Source: an uncultured virus (IMG/VR IMGVR_UViG_2531839459_000011) (taxonomy: Duplodnaviria; Heunggongvirae; Uroviricota; Caudoviricetes). From it: 64,000 nt of DNA. The translations under genes and the position numbers were made by a program. Location: IMG/VR virus record IMGVR_UViG_2531839459_000011; one strand, given 5' to 3'. How positions within the stretch are numbered: the first letter of the stretch is position 1; every line of letters starts with the position of its first letter. Positions 19,393 to 29,470 of the stretch are shown one piece after another. The notes under the pieces were generated by a model, which worked only from the letters and a program-made list of their open reading frames with translations, had not been told where the DNA came from and searched no databases.

Positions 19393-22300
19393 AGTTATTT
19401 ATAAAAAAGACGCTTTGTCTGAAGAAAAGACAATTGAGCAGGCTCAAACCATTGGGCAATGGCTCACTTCAAAATATGAACATATGCCTGAGCATGTCCG
19501 TATCTTTCATACTACAAGCAATATGGATCATGCCGAAATTTCATTTGCGAATGAAGTCACACCAAAGAATGCATATGACTTAAAGCAGCTTGATTTCTTA
19601 CCGGGCACTTTTATCGTAGTTGAGAACCCTAAATGGGTCGCGGCTATTGTTTCGATTGTGATTAGTATTGCGATCGCATTTTTAATGCCAACGCCATCAA
19701 TAGCACAAACGACTCAAAATACTAACCAGTCTTCTTCAGCAAACAATGAACTTTCTAACCGGGAAAACAAGATCCGGGTGAATGGTCGTATTGCTGATAA
19801 CTATGGAGCTGGGTGGAATACTCCCGACCTAATCGCAGTACCTTACAAGGTATATGAAAACAACGTTGAAGTTGAGCATGTAGTGGGCTGTATTGGGCGT
19901 GGACACTATAAAATCAATGGAGCTTATGACGGTGAAACCAATATTGTCGATATTGCTGGCGCATCGGTAGAAGTCTTTCGACCAGGTGTAGATATTGTTT
20001 CAGGTGAGCCATATTTCTCGCTTGGTACCGAAATTACCACGCCGCCACTAACGGTTCAGCATCAAACTTCTGTTAATGGCCAAGTTTTACGTCCTGCTGA
20101 TACACAATCTTTAGAAGGTACGAACTACCTTCATTTTGCATATCCAAACGAGATTCTTCGGGCAACGGCAAACAACACAGATTTAACCACTAAGTTTGTA
20201 AGTAATGACCGCGTAGAAATCACCAATGCCTCATTCACGTTTAATGGCCAGACTTTTGATTTAAATGGTACTTATAGCGTTCTATCGGTAGCTGATGACC
20301 GTATGACGTTATCAAATCCGGCGGCCGTTAATGCTAACTGGTTAAAGCTTAAAGAGTTAAATAACCAACAAACTGCAGCTTTGTCACCAAAGATCAGTTC
20401 AATAGGTGAAAAATGGATTGGTCCATTCATTCTGGACAATGTTGAACGTAGCCGGGTGCTGTGTAATTTTGTGGCCACCAATGGACTTTATACCGTTTCT
20501 TCAGGTGGGTATCAGGCCGCTGTTAATGTCACGATTGAAGTTGAAGTAACACCGGTAAATGAATCTGGTGCAGCGATTGGTAATCCGATGCTGAAGCAGA
20601 TCATTTTGAAAGGTTCGGCAAAGTCACGTCAGACCGTTGGTGCAACACTTGATATGGTCACGTTTCAGGGGCGTTGTAGTGTCCGTGCACGCCGTTTAAC
20701 TCCGACTCCGACAGTCACAACAGTTGTTGATGAAGTAAAGTGGCAGGCGCTTTACGGTGCTTATCCTTTACAAAGCACAGTGTATGAACATGAAACGGTT
20801 TTTCGTGCGCGTACTTATGCAACCACTGGAGCTTTATCTGTTAAGTCCCGCAAGATCAATTTTGATCTTCAGCGAATGTTGCCGACTTATAAAAACGGGG
20901 CAATGACAACAGAGCTATATCCAACGTCTAGCTTTGCTGATGCTTTGGTATCTATGGCACTCGATGACAAGATTGGCCGCCGTTCGATCGATGAGATTGA
21001 TCTTGAAAACATCTATCGGACCTATAATGATGTAGTTGATTATTTTGGTACGCCGCTAGCGGCTGAGTTCTGTACTACCATTGATGATACGAATCTATCT
21101 TTTGAAGAGCTGGTTACCAATCTTTGTGATGCGGTGTTTTGTACTGCATATCGGCAAAACAATAAGCTCAAGCTTTATTTTGAACGGCCAACTGATAACT
21201 CGGTAATGCTGTTTAACTTCAGGAATATCATTCCGGATAGTTACAAGCATGACCTGACCTTTGGCGTGATGGATGACTACGACGGACTGATCTATGAATA
21301 CACGGATCCGACCGACGATAGCCGTATCAATATCTATTTACCGGATAAAGGAGCCAAAAACCCAAAAGAGGTGAAATCTGTTGGTGTACGAAACAAGTGG
21401 CAAGCGCATTTCAATGCATACCGGATTTGGAACAAGATGCGCTTCCAGCGCAAATCCATTACCTTTGATGCGGCACCAGAATCAGAATTACTGGTTTTAC
21501 GTGACCGGATTGCTGTAGCGGATTATCGCAATGGTATTCATCAAAGCGGTGAGGTGGTACAGCAAGAAGGTTTAGTCCTCACCTTAAGCCATGATGTAGA
21601 TTTCATTGCAGGCAAGAGCTATGTGATTTATCTGCAAATGGCGGATGGCACAGTGGACCTGATTCCTGTTACACCGGGTTCAGCCAAAAATAAGGTGGTT
21701 TTAGGGCGGTTGCCGAACGGGGCCTTAAAGCTAAGTCCTGATGATTTTGTAAATACCATCTATACAGTAGTTAATGATGATACTAAAGGTTCATTGCCTT
21801 ATCTGGTTGCAAAAAGAGAACCGGTTGACCAGTTCTCTAATACTATTACAGCAATTAATTACGATGAGCGCTATTACCTCAACGATAAAGACTTTATTGA
21901 CGTGCCGGTTGATGATTCTCCAATTTACATTCGATATGACCAGCTGGATATTAATCTGGCGCGTTTATATCAGATGCAAAGAGGGGATTTGCCAACGACT
22001 GGCGAAATCAGTTTTGTAGTTGAATCTGGTGCACTAGTTTCTAGTTCGAGTTCTTATCGACCGGAAACCAGATTTGTCTATAAATTCGACTACAACTCCA
22101 GTCCGCCGAAACAGGAATTTATTGCCCCTGCAGCGACTGAACTACCCGCCATTGATACTGGTGAGTTCCCACCTGATCTGGTGGTAAATCTGACTATTAA
22201 AGGTGCTGTTGTTGGGCGTGGTGGTGATGGCGGTTTACCTCATTTGGCATTTGGCGCATGGGAGTCCGATCCGGATTACAACTTTACTAAAACCCGACGT

Positions 22301-22810
22301 GATGGGTTTCAGGGAGCACCCGGTTTATTGAACCGGCACAGCAAACTAAACCTGATTATTGATGGCGGCACTCTAGCTCGAGGTGGATCTGGTGGTGGAG
22401 CAACACCAAGCGGTATTTACACTGGGTTGTCTTATGGTGTTCAAGGTATTCCGGGTGGAGCTGGTGCACCATTTGGACGGGTCATGACAGGCCAGCCAAT
22501 TTCAAGCGACTCACAAGATTGGCGCTGGTATTTTGGAAGTTACTTCAATGTCTTAAAAATTACTGATGCCGAAGCTTCGGTACCCGGAAAAGGCTACCGA
22601 ACCCAAAATGACCGTTATGGATCCCCATTATCAGGTGATGGCGGAAACTGGGGCGAACGTGGTACCAAGTCTACTAATGATGGAACATGGAACTGGAAAT
22701 ACCATGGCACAACTGAAGGTCAGCCGGGGCCAGGTGGACCTGCAATTGTGGGAGTTGCACCACTGACAACTCAATTGATTAATGGAGGGAAAATCTTACA
22801 AACCCTTTAA
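19385..22810 (+). CDS. Central tail tip / host-specificity protein with Gly-rich C-terminal domain
   Basis: 1141 aa; GRGGDGG/GGSGGG repeats; homologous to 58793-61627. Confidence 0.85.
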   Translation: MIKVIYKKDALSEEKTIEQAQTIGQWLTSKYEHMPEHVRIFHTTSNMDHAEISFANEVTPKNAYDLKQLDFLPGTFIVVENPKWVAAIVSIVISIAIAFLMPTPSIAQTTQNTNQSSSANNELSNRENKIRVNGRIADNYGAGWNTPDLIAVPYKVYENNVEVEHVVGCIGRGHYKINGAYDGETNIVDIAGASVEVFRPGVDIVSGEPYFSLGTEITTPPLTVQHQTSVNGQVLRPADTQSLEGTNYLHFAYPNEILRATANNTDLTTKFVSNDRVEITNASFTFNGQTFDLNGTYSVLSVADDRMTLSNPAAVNANWLKLKELNNQQTAALSPKISSIGEKWIGPFILDNVERSRVLCNFVATNGLYTVSSGGYQAAVNVTIEVEVTPVNESGAAIGNPMLKQIILKGSAKSRQTVGATLDMVTFQGRCSVRARRLTPTPTVTTVVDEVKWQALYGAYPLQSTVYEHETVFRARTYATTGALSVKSRKINFDLQRMLPTYKNGAMTTELYPTSSFADALVSMALDDKIGRRSIDEIDLENIYRTYNDVVDYFGTPLAAEFCTTIDDTNLSFEELVTNLCDAVFCTAYRQNNKLKLYFERPTDNSVMLFNFRNIIPDSYKHDLTFGVMDDYDGLIYEYTDPTDDSRINIYLPDKGAKNPKEVKSVGVRNKWQAHFNAYRIWNKMRFQRKSITFDAAPESELLVLRDRIAVADYRNGIHQSGEVVQQEGLVLTLSHDVDFIAGKSYVIYLQMADGTVDLIPVTPGSAKNKVVLGRLPNGALKLSPDDFVNTIYTVVNDDTKGSLPYLVAKREPVDQFSNTITAINYDERYYLNDKDFIDVPVDDSPIYIRYDQLDINLARLYQMQRGDLPTTGEISFVVESGALVSSSSSYRPETRFVYKFDYNSSPPKQEFIAPAATELPAIDTGEFPPDLVVNLTIKGAVVGRGGDGGLPHLAFGAWESDPDYNFTKTRRDGFQGAPGLLNRHSKLNLIIDGGTLARGGSGGGATPSGIYTGLSYGVQGIPGGAGAPFGRVMTGQPISSDSQDWRWYFGSYFNVLKITDAEASVPGKGYRTQNDRYGSPLSGDGGNWGERGTKSTNDGTWNWKYHGTTEGQPGPGGPAIVGVAPLTTQLINGGKILQTL

Positions 22811-22877
22811 ACCTTATAAGAACTTTGAGCACCCAATTCGGGTGCTTTTTTATTACCTAAATTTTCTGGAGAAATTA

Positions 22878-23267
22878 ATGGAACCAGTTTCCACTAGCGG
22901 TTTTACAGCACTTTTAAAATTATATGGGATTGCAATCATGGTGACTTTAGCAGTCGGTTTGGTTGCAGCAGTTGTATTAATGACTCGTATGCCACGCTCA
23001 CCACAAGAGTGGGCAGTTGGTTTGATCTGTACGGTTGTATCAAGTTTGGCTGGCGGCTCATTCATTATTGTGAAGTGGGGACTTCATGAATGGGTTACTG
23101 ATGTATGGGGGATGATTGCTCTAGGTGGGTTCTTCTTTGTTTGTGGTTTACCCGGTTGGGCTTTAGTCCGTTGGATTTTTAATTTTATAGATAAACAGGA
23201 AGGTAAAACGATCGTTGAAGTGATCAAAGAGTTTAAGAAAGCCAGAAAAGACATTGAAAACAGCTAA
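22878..23267 (+). CDS. Holin (three hydrophobic segments)
   Basis: TM segments, charged C-terminus, upstream of the endolysin. Confidence 0.8.
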   Translation: MEPVSTSGFTALLKLYGIAIMVTLAVGLVAAVVLMTRMPRSPQEWAVGLICTVVSSLAGGSFIIVKWGLHEWVTDVWGMIALGGFFFVCGLPGWALVRWIFNFIDKQEGKTIVEVIKEFKKARKDIENS

Positions 23268-23308
23268 TGCCGCCTTCGGGCGGTTTTTTACATCTGAAGG
23301 AAACCGAA

Positions 23309-23854
23309 ATGAACATTGAACAATATCTGGACGAGTTAATTAAGCGTGAGGGCGGGTACGTAAACAACCCAGCAGATCGAGGCGGTGAAACAAAGTACGG
23401 TATTACTGAAGCAGTAGCACGTACTAACGGCTTTAAGGGCAACATGAAAGATTTACCGCTTGATGTGGCCAAAGCCATTTATAAAAAGCAGTATTGGACA
23501 GATCCGCGATTTGATCAAGTGAATGTAATTAGCTCGTTAGTTGCTGAAGAGCTTTTAGATACTGGGGTAAATTGCGGTACCGGATTTGCAAAACCACTCT
23601 TACAGCGTGCTTTAAATTTGCTGAATAACCAAGGTAAAGCAGGTTGGCCAGATTTAACAGTTGACGGAATTTATGGTCCAGCAACTCTTAATGCACTCAA
23701 AACTTATCTGGCCAAGCGTGGAAAAGACGGCGAAAAAGTCCTGGTGCGTGTTCTTAATATCATGCAAGGGCAACGTTACATTGAAATCTGTGAACGCAAT
23801 CCTAGCCAGGAACAGTTTTTCTATGGTTGGATCGCCAATCGAGTTGTTATATGA
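23309..23854 (+). CDS. Endolysin, glycoside hydrolase 108 plus peptidoglycan-binding domain
   Basis: EGGYVNNPADRGGETKYGIT; VDGIYGPATL; FFYGWIANR. Confidence 0.93.
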   Translation: MNIEQYLDELIKREGGYVNNPADRGGETKYGITEAVARTNGFKGNMKDLPLDVAKAIYKKQYWTDPRFDQVNVISSLVAEELLDTGVNCGTGFAKPLLQRALNLLNNQGKAGWPDLTVDGIYGPATLNALKTYLAKRGKDGEKVLVRVLNIMQGQRYIEICERNPSQEQFFYGWIANRVVI

Positions 23855-23982
23855 AAGTCTTTCATTGCAGACGATCAAAGATAGCTTTAACAATTACATT
23901 GCTGTGCATTCTATTTTCAGGATGCACAGCTCATACGATCAATAGCAATGTCAATGTCTCAATTTGCGCTAGAGCATTATAA
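23851..23982 (+). CDS. 43-aa lipoprotein coupled to the endolysin (not in ORF track)
   Basis: ATGA overlap; MKVFHCRRSKIALTITLLCILFSG-CTAHTINSNVNVSICARAL; terminator follows. Confidence 0.75.
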   Translation: MKVFHCRRSKIALTITLLCILFSGCTAHTINSNVNVSICARAL

Positions 23983-24296
23983 AAAAAAGCCCTGAATGAT
24001 CAGGGCTATTTAATAAACTTCAATTCACATACTTCTACAAAGCTCGAGTAGTCTTATGTTTGTTATTGTATAGCTTGATAATCCTCTATCTTTCATCCTA
24101 GGGTTGTGCACATACTTCTATCCTTAAATTGTGTAATGAAATTTCTTCTGTTGTAGTTGAGAAGCTTTTCAATCTGTTAAAAGAATCCAAAAAGCATCAA
24201 ATGAATAAAGAAACTACTTATTTAACTTGAATCATCATTTTCTGTTTACTAATAAATGAAAGTGCTTGGATGTATAGGGATTGTTTTTTTAATGTT

Positions 24297-24315
24297 ATGT
24301 TATAATATAACCTTT
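24297..24315. promoter_or_regulatory. Zur box
   Basis: ATGTTATAATATAACCTTT with perfect core GTTATA-A-TATAAC, matching the gammaproteobacterial Zur consensus; ~20 bp before the ATG. Confidence 0.8.
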
Positions 24316-24335
24316 TCTTAAAAAAGGGGGGGATT

Positions 24336-26654
24336 ATGAAACCTTTGGCAGCTTTACCGTTAATTTTTATAGCAATTCAGCAAGTGCAAGCTGAGGAGAG
24401 AATTGCAATTTTAAAGCCTCTTGTTTTTAAGGCAAATGCATTAAAGGAAAAAAATTATGTGGTGGACAAAGAAAAAGTAGAAAGTTCCAATACAATAGGT
24501 GATGCTCTTAAAAATATAACAGGTATACAAAGTACTTCATTTGGACCCAATGCAGGTGCACCAGTTATACGTAGTTTGAGTGGAAATCGGGTTGGAGTAA
24601 TTGAAAATGGAGAATTTATTAATGGAATGAATGCATTTAGTGGAAATATTAATATACCATTCGATCCAATTTTTATAGAAAAAGTGATAGTGAACAAAAA
24701 TACAGATAATATTCGTTATGGCGGAAATGCAATAGGCGGGAGTGTTCAAATAGAATCGGGTTTAATTCCTAAAAAAATTGAAGAAAAGCCAAACAAATTA
24801 GATATTGTCTTTCGGAAAGGATTTAATGATTTTGATGTAAAGGGGTTCAATTTTAACATCAATGATCAAAAAAACTGGTCTACAAATATAAGATATTCAG
24901 AATATGAAATTTCTTCTTATAAAATTCCAGGAAATAGTAAAGCCAAATTATGTGAAGACCAGATTTTTTCAAATTCAGGTGGGATCAATAGTGCATTAGC
25001 AGCTTCCTGTCAAAAAGATAGTAGAGTCCAACATATTTATAACAAGTCGTCACAACCATACATAGATAAATTTATGACTGAGAATCCTGATTGGGCAGAT
25101 GGCGATTTTTCTTTTTATACAGATAAGCCCACATCTATATGGGGAGGAAAAACATATATAAATCCAAAAAATCCAGAGTACATACCTAATACTCCGCAAA
25201 ATACAATAAAAAAGATCAATACGGATGTTACACCAAATTATTTTAAAAAATTAGGTAACAGTTATGCTCAGAATGAGAATATTGGGTTTGGAACAACATA
25301 CTTTTTTGATAAAGGTTTCATTGGATTGAGTGCAGATAAGAAAAAAAGTGAATATGGTGTACCAGGATTTTCATTACAAAATCAATCTTTTGCTGATTCT
25401 TATGAAACATTACCGGTTGGTGTGAAAATAGATCAAAATCGTTTTGTATTAAATTCCAATTTTATCCAACCAATTTCCTCTGCAGAAGAGATAAGTTTGA
25501 ATTTTCAACAGCTTTCTAATAAATCTGGAGAATATGTTGGTACTGCAAAAGCTAATGAGTATAAAATTGATAATCAATTAATTGAATTAATAATGAAACA
25601 GTCATCCTTTAAGGGATTAGATGGGATACTTGGTTTTAGCCTTAAAAATAGGAATATCGAAGGAAGTGGTACTCAGCGCTATTTACCTAATGTAAGTACT
25701 ATTAGTAAAGCTATATTCTTACAAGAAGAATTAAATATCAAACAATTTACTTTAAATACGGGCTATCGTTTTGAAAGAATTGAACATGAGCTTCAAGATA
25801 ATGATTTTAAACTAGCAAGAAATGCTAGTAATTCAAGAATAGAAAATAGAAAATATAATTTAAACCAATATTTTATCGGAGGAGAATATAAGGTTAATAA
25901 TTTTATAAATTTAAAAGTTGATTATGGTATTTCAGAAAGAGCACCTGAAGTGAATGAGCTCTATTCAAGTAATGTTCACTATTCTGTTATGGCACAAGAA
26001 GAAGGCGACCAGAATCTCAAACCAGAAAAATCTAAAAGTTTAGAGTTAGGTATGTTTTTGAATTGGAATAATTGGGTCATGCAACTTGTTGGGTATCAAA
26101 TGGATTTTGAAAATTATATGTATTTATCTCATTCAGGTGTTGCTGTGCAAAATCGATTACCTTTAAAATACTGGAAACAGACAGACACTGACGTCAAAGG
26201 GTTTGAAATTGATTTAATTTATGATTTTAATCTAGCTCATATTGGGAATATTAAACTAGGTGGTTTAGCTGATTTTGTTAAAAATAAGGCTGTTAATCCT
26301 ACAGATATAAGGTTAGCTAATGATGGAGTTTACCTACCAAATATGCCTACTAATCGTTATGGCATGTTTCTTGAGTGGAGAAATGATTCTTGGAAAGGTA
26401 AAATTTCAAGTATTTACTACGATGAGCCAAGATATCTAGGTAAGAATGTAATACAGGAAGTTCCTTTATCTGGTTACAACTTACTTGAATTTAAGATAGA
26501 TAAAAAATTAAAGATTAAAAATGCTTCATTTGATATATTTTTAAATGGTACAAATCTGCTGAACGAAGAGGCTAGACCACAAAACTCTCCTCTAAAATAT
26601 ATTGCCCCTCTACCAGGGCGAGCATTTCAACTGGGGATAACTATGCATATTTAG
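24336..26654 (+). CDS. TonB-dependent outer-membrane receptor, ZnuD-like
   Basis: Plug TIGDALKNITG...FGPNAGAPVIRSL; ERAPEVNELY, NLKPEKS, NLLNEE, PLPGRAF barrel motifs; upstream Zur box. Confidence 0.9.
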   Translation: MKPLAALPLIFIAIQQVQAEERIAILKPLVFKANALKEKNYVVDKEKVESSNTIGDALKNITGIQSTSFGPNAGAPVIRSLSGNRVGVIENGEFINGMNAFSGNINIPFDPIFIEKVIVNKNTDNIRYGGNAIGGSVQIESGLIPKKIEEKPNKLDIVFRKGFNDFDVKGFNFNINDQKNWSTNIRYSEYEISSYKIPGNSKAKLCEDQIFSNSGGINSALAASCQKDSRVQHIYNKSSQPYIDKFMTENPDWADGDFSFYTDKPTSIWGGKTYINPKNPEYIPNTPQNTIKKINTDVTPNYFKKLGNSYAQNENIGFGTTYFFDKGFIGLSADKKKSEYGVPGFSLQNQSFADSYETLPVGVKIDQNRFVLNSNFIQPISSAEEISLNFQQLSNKSGEYVGTAKANEYKIDNQLIELIMKQSSFKGLDGILGFSLKNRNIEGSGTQRYLPNVSTISKAIFLQEELNIKQFTLNTGYRFERIEHELQDNDFKLARNASNSRIENRKYNLNQYFIGGEYKVNNFINLKVDYGISERAPEVNELYSSNVHYSVMAQEEGDQNLKPEKSKSLELGMFLNWNNWVMQLVGYQMDFENYMYLSHSGVAVQNRLPLKYWKQTDTDVKGFEIDLIYDFNLAHIGNIKLGGLADFVKNKAVNPTDIRLANDGVYLPNMPTNRYGMFLEWRNDSWKGKISSIYYDEPRYLGKNVIQEVPLSGYNLLEFKIDKKLKIKNASFDIFLNGTNLLNEEARPQNSPLKYIAPLPGRAFQLGITMHI

Positions 26655-26935
26655 GTTGCTAAAGATATAAAGTTAGTTCTTATCTCCTGTCTTCAAATTT
26701 AGTAATAAAAATATAGTCTTAAAGCCGAATAATTAATCGGTTTTAAGATTTTAAAATAATCAATTATAAAGTTTAAAATTTTTTATTTATAAAATGTGTT
26801 CAAATAATGAACTGATTTTTTAGCTCAAGGAGCCATCGTCATATAAATAAAGAATATTACAAAGGTTCTTTTTTAATTTTTCTTTAAGGTATGGTATCTA
26901 ATCTTAGCATTTTTTATATTTAATGGTTTTTAAAA

Positions 26936-28582
26936 ATGGCACTTAATGTTTTTAAATTCAAAAAAATATGCAAGGATGTTACACTATTAAATTTTAATTT
27001 GCTTTTATCTATCTGGCTAGGTTTATTTCTGAATATAGGTTTTTTTAAAAAAATCCATCAACTTACACCTTATAATGGTATTAAGTCAGTTCTTTTCTTA
27101 GGGGCGACATTAGTTATTTTAATAGCGGCATATAATTTAATTTTTCAATTAATAAATTGGAAATGGACTGCCAAAATCTTTGCAATTTTATTGATATTTA
27201 TTGGTGGCTTTAGCTCTTATTTTGTAAACACATTGGGTGTCATTATTTCACCCGACCAAATTCAAAATATGGTGCAGACCGATGTTTCGGAATTTACCGA
27301 TCTAATCTCTTTACGCTTTGTTTTATGGACAGTTTTTTTTGTTATTTTGCCCATTTTTTTAATTACTCAAGTTAAATTTAAACAAGAAAAAGCATCACGG
27401 TTGTTATTGAAGAAAGTATTCTCACTGGTAGCTTCATTTGCAGTGGTCGGTGTTTTACTTTTTACTTACTATGTCGATTTCGCTGCAATATTTCGTGAGC
27501 ATCGTGATTTAAAAGGGATGATTTCACCGCAAAATAGTATTTCATCGCTTATGTCTTACTATCATAAGAAGGCTCCGAAGAAAAATCTGCCTCTTGTGAT
27601 ATATGGACAAGATGCTCATCAAGTTCAGCAAGTACAAAAGAACCTCCCTAAGTTAATGATACTTGTTGTAGGTGAAACGGCACGTGCCGAAAGTTTCTCT
27701 CTAAATGGGTATGCAAAAAATACGAATCCGGAGCTTTCTAAACAAGATATTTTCAACTTTTCGCAAGTGAGCTCATGCGGTACGGCGACAGCTGTTTCTG
27801 TGCCATGTATGTTCTCGGGTATGCCACGTGTAGATTATGATGAGCAATTAGCTAGTCACCGCGAAGGTTTATTAGATATTGCAAAACGTGCGGGTTACCA
27901 AGTGACTTGGATTGATAATAACTCGGGTTGTAAAGGTGCATGTGATCGCGTTGAACAATACCAGATTCCAGAAAACTTAAAGAAAAAATGGTGTAAAGAT
28001 GGCGAATGTTATGATGACATTCTCATTGACAGCTTAAAGCAGTATTTGGCTACTATTGCCAAAGATGATGATCGTCCGCGTTTGATTGTTCTGCATCAAG
28101 TGGGTAGTCATGGACCTGCATATTACAAGCGTGCACCTGAGGCATATCAACCTTTTAAACCGACTTGTGATACTAATGCGATACAGGGCTGTTCGCAAAC
28201 TGAATTGCTAAATAGTTATGATAATACAATTGTATATACAGACCATGTATTAAGCCAAATGATTAATACTCTAAAAGAAATATCAAAGTATCAGACAGGT
28301 TTATGGTATTTATCTGATCATGGCGAATCAACCGGAGAACATGGTTTATATTTACATGGTTCACCTTATGCAATCGCACCGAGCCAACAAACACATGTAC
28401 CAATGATTATGTGGTTCTCTGAAAGTTGGAAACAACATAATCTTGCTCAAGTGAATTGTTTAAGCCAACAAACTAAACAAAAGTTAAGTCAGGATAATTT
28501 ATTCCCAAGTTTGTTAAGTTTGCTGGATGTAAAAACTCAGGTAGTAAATAACAAACTTGATATGTTGAGCCAATGTAAATAA
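26936..28582 (+). CDS. eptA: Lipid A phosphoethanolamine transferase (PmrC homologue)
   Basis: N-terminal TM domain; VGETARA, SCGTATAVS (catalytic Thr), HQVGSHGP, SDHGES; no adjacent pmrAB. Confidence 0.93.
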   Translation: MALNVFKFKKICKDVTLLNFNLLLSIWLGLFLNIGFFKKIHQLTPYNGIKSVLFLGATLVILIAAYNLIFQLINWKWTAKIFAILLIFIGGFSSYFVNTLGVIISPDQIQNMVQTDVSEFTDLISLRFVLWTVFFVILPIFLITQVKFKQEKASRLLLKKVFSLVASFAVVGVLLFTYYVDFAAIFREHRDLKGMISPQNSISSLMSYYHKKAPKKNLPLVIYGQDAHQVQQVQKNLPKLMILVVGETARAESFSLNGYAKNTNPELSKQDIFNFSQVSSCGTATAVSVPCMFSGMPRVDYDEQLASHREGLLDIAKRAGYQVTWIDNNSGCKGACDRVEQYQIPENLKKKWCKDGECYDDILIDSLKQYLATIAKDDDRPRLIVLHQVGSHGPAYYKRAPEAYQPFKPTCDTNAIQGCSQTELLNSYDNTIVYTDHVLSQMINTLKEISKYQTGLWYLSDHGESTGEHGLYLHGSPYAIAPSQQTHVPMIMWFSESWKQHNLAQVNCLSQQTKQKLSQDNLFPSLLSLLDVKTQVVNNKLDMLSQCK

Positions 28583-28598
28583 ATATATTTTTAATTTA

Positions 28599-28635
28599 TA
28601 TAAAACGAAGCAAAATAGACTTGCTTCGTTTTATA
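28599..28635. terminator. Bidirectional terminator after eptA
   Basis: 15-bp perfect stem TATAAAACGAAGCAA/TTGCTTCGTTTTATA. Confidence 0.75.
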
Positions 28636-28657
28636 AAATGTATTGGTTCTTTTATAT

Positions 28658-28777
28658 TTAAAAAATAAGAGGGCAGTCGTAACCCGGATAAACACCATTC
28701 TTATAGTCGAATGTCGGTTCGAATAGATCTAGTAGGTGAACTCGATCTTTATTTATAGGTTCATAGTTCGCGCACAT
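28658..28777 (-). pseudogene. Truncated SOS-response-associated peptidase (SRAP/YedK family), first 39 codons
   Basis: MCANYEPINKDRVHLLDLFEPTFDYKNGVYPGYDCPLIF*; N-terminal MC and YPG..P pattern; GAGG RBS. Confidence 0.8.
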
Positions 28778-28892
28778 ACAAAGTAACCTCTTTATGATTT
28801 TCGAAATTACTTTTCCATCATAACTAATATAAATAAAAAGAGGGTAAATAATAGACTGTAGACGCTATTATTCACCCTCATGGTATATATCT

Positions 28893-29381
28893 TTAACGCC
28901 AGCTATTCGGAACTTTGAATTTACCTGTAGGCATTGGAGAACCCAGAACATACTTAACGTTGTAAATTAAACCAGGCAAAACAGTGTTTGGCTTTTCATT
29001 AAAGCAAACATAGGTATTGTTTCTGGATGGTTTAATTAACTTATATTGTGTACCAGCACTTGAGACATAATAGACACCATTTGGGGTAGTCTTAAGGCCA
29101 GCATCAACTTTAGAAATATTTTGATTGTAACTCTGGCTTGTATTGTTAATAGCTGAGAAATAACTACACCCTAGCGATTTAGATACTTCAGCAGCTTTAC
29201 GTAATGCGTACTGGTTTGCTATCGATTTATGGGTATATCCGTTTACAGATGCGCGTACTTGAAAGACATTATCATCAATAATAGTGGCTTCAACGCCACC
29301 AGAAGCCCCCATTTCTTGATAAGGTGTAGTACAGGCTTGTAAACCAATTGTTGCTAAAGCAGCTAAAAATATCTTTTTCAT
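28893..29381 (-). CDS. Lipoprotein moron
   Basis: Lipobox LQAC-TTPYQ; YALRKAAE motif; hairpin terminator ~28840-28879. Confidence 0.8.
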   Translation of the reverse strand: MKKIFLAALATIGLQACTTPYQEMGASGGVEATIIDDNVFQVRASVNGYTHKSIANQYALRKAAEVSKSLGCSYFSAINNTSQSYNQNISKVDAGLKTTPNGVYYVSSAGTQYKLIKPSRNNTYVCFNEKPNTVLPGLIYNVKYVLGSPMPTGKFKVPNSWR

Positions 29382-29470
29382 AATTTATATAAAGTGATAA
29401 ATGCGTCACATTAATTTTAACTATTTAGAAGAATTTTTCAATTACTTAAGGATTTCTTAAAACTTGAGTT

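Noticed and set aside
24026..24120. 12-bp direct repeat CACATACTTCTA twice near the left cargo edge
   Set aside because: Only two copies, no partner at the other cargo end, no recombinase or array
28673..28685. GCAGTCGTAACCC resembling the att sequence GCATGTCGTTACCC
   Set aside because: Explained as coding sequence (GYDC) of the SRAP remnant
28614..28863. AATAGAC (reverse complement of the GTCTATT arm repeat) at 28614 and 28850 suggesting a mini-element
   Set aside because: Both lie within terminator hairpins and no core site is nearby
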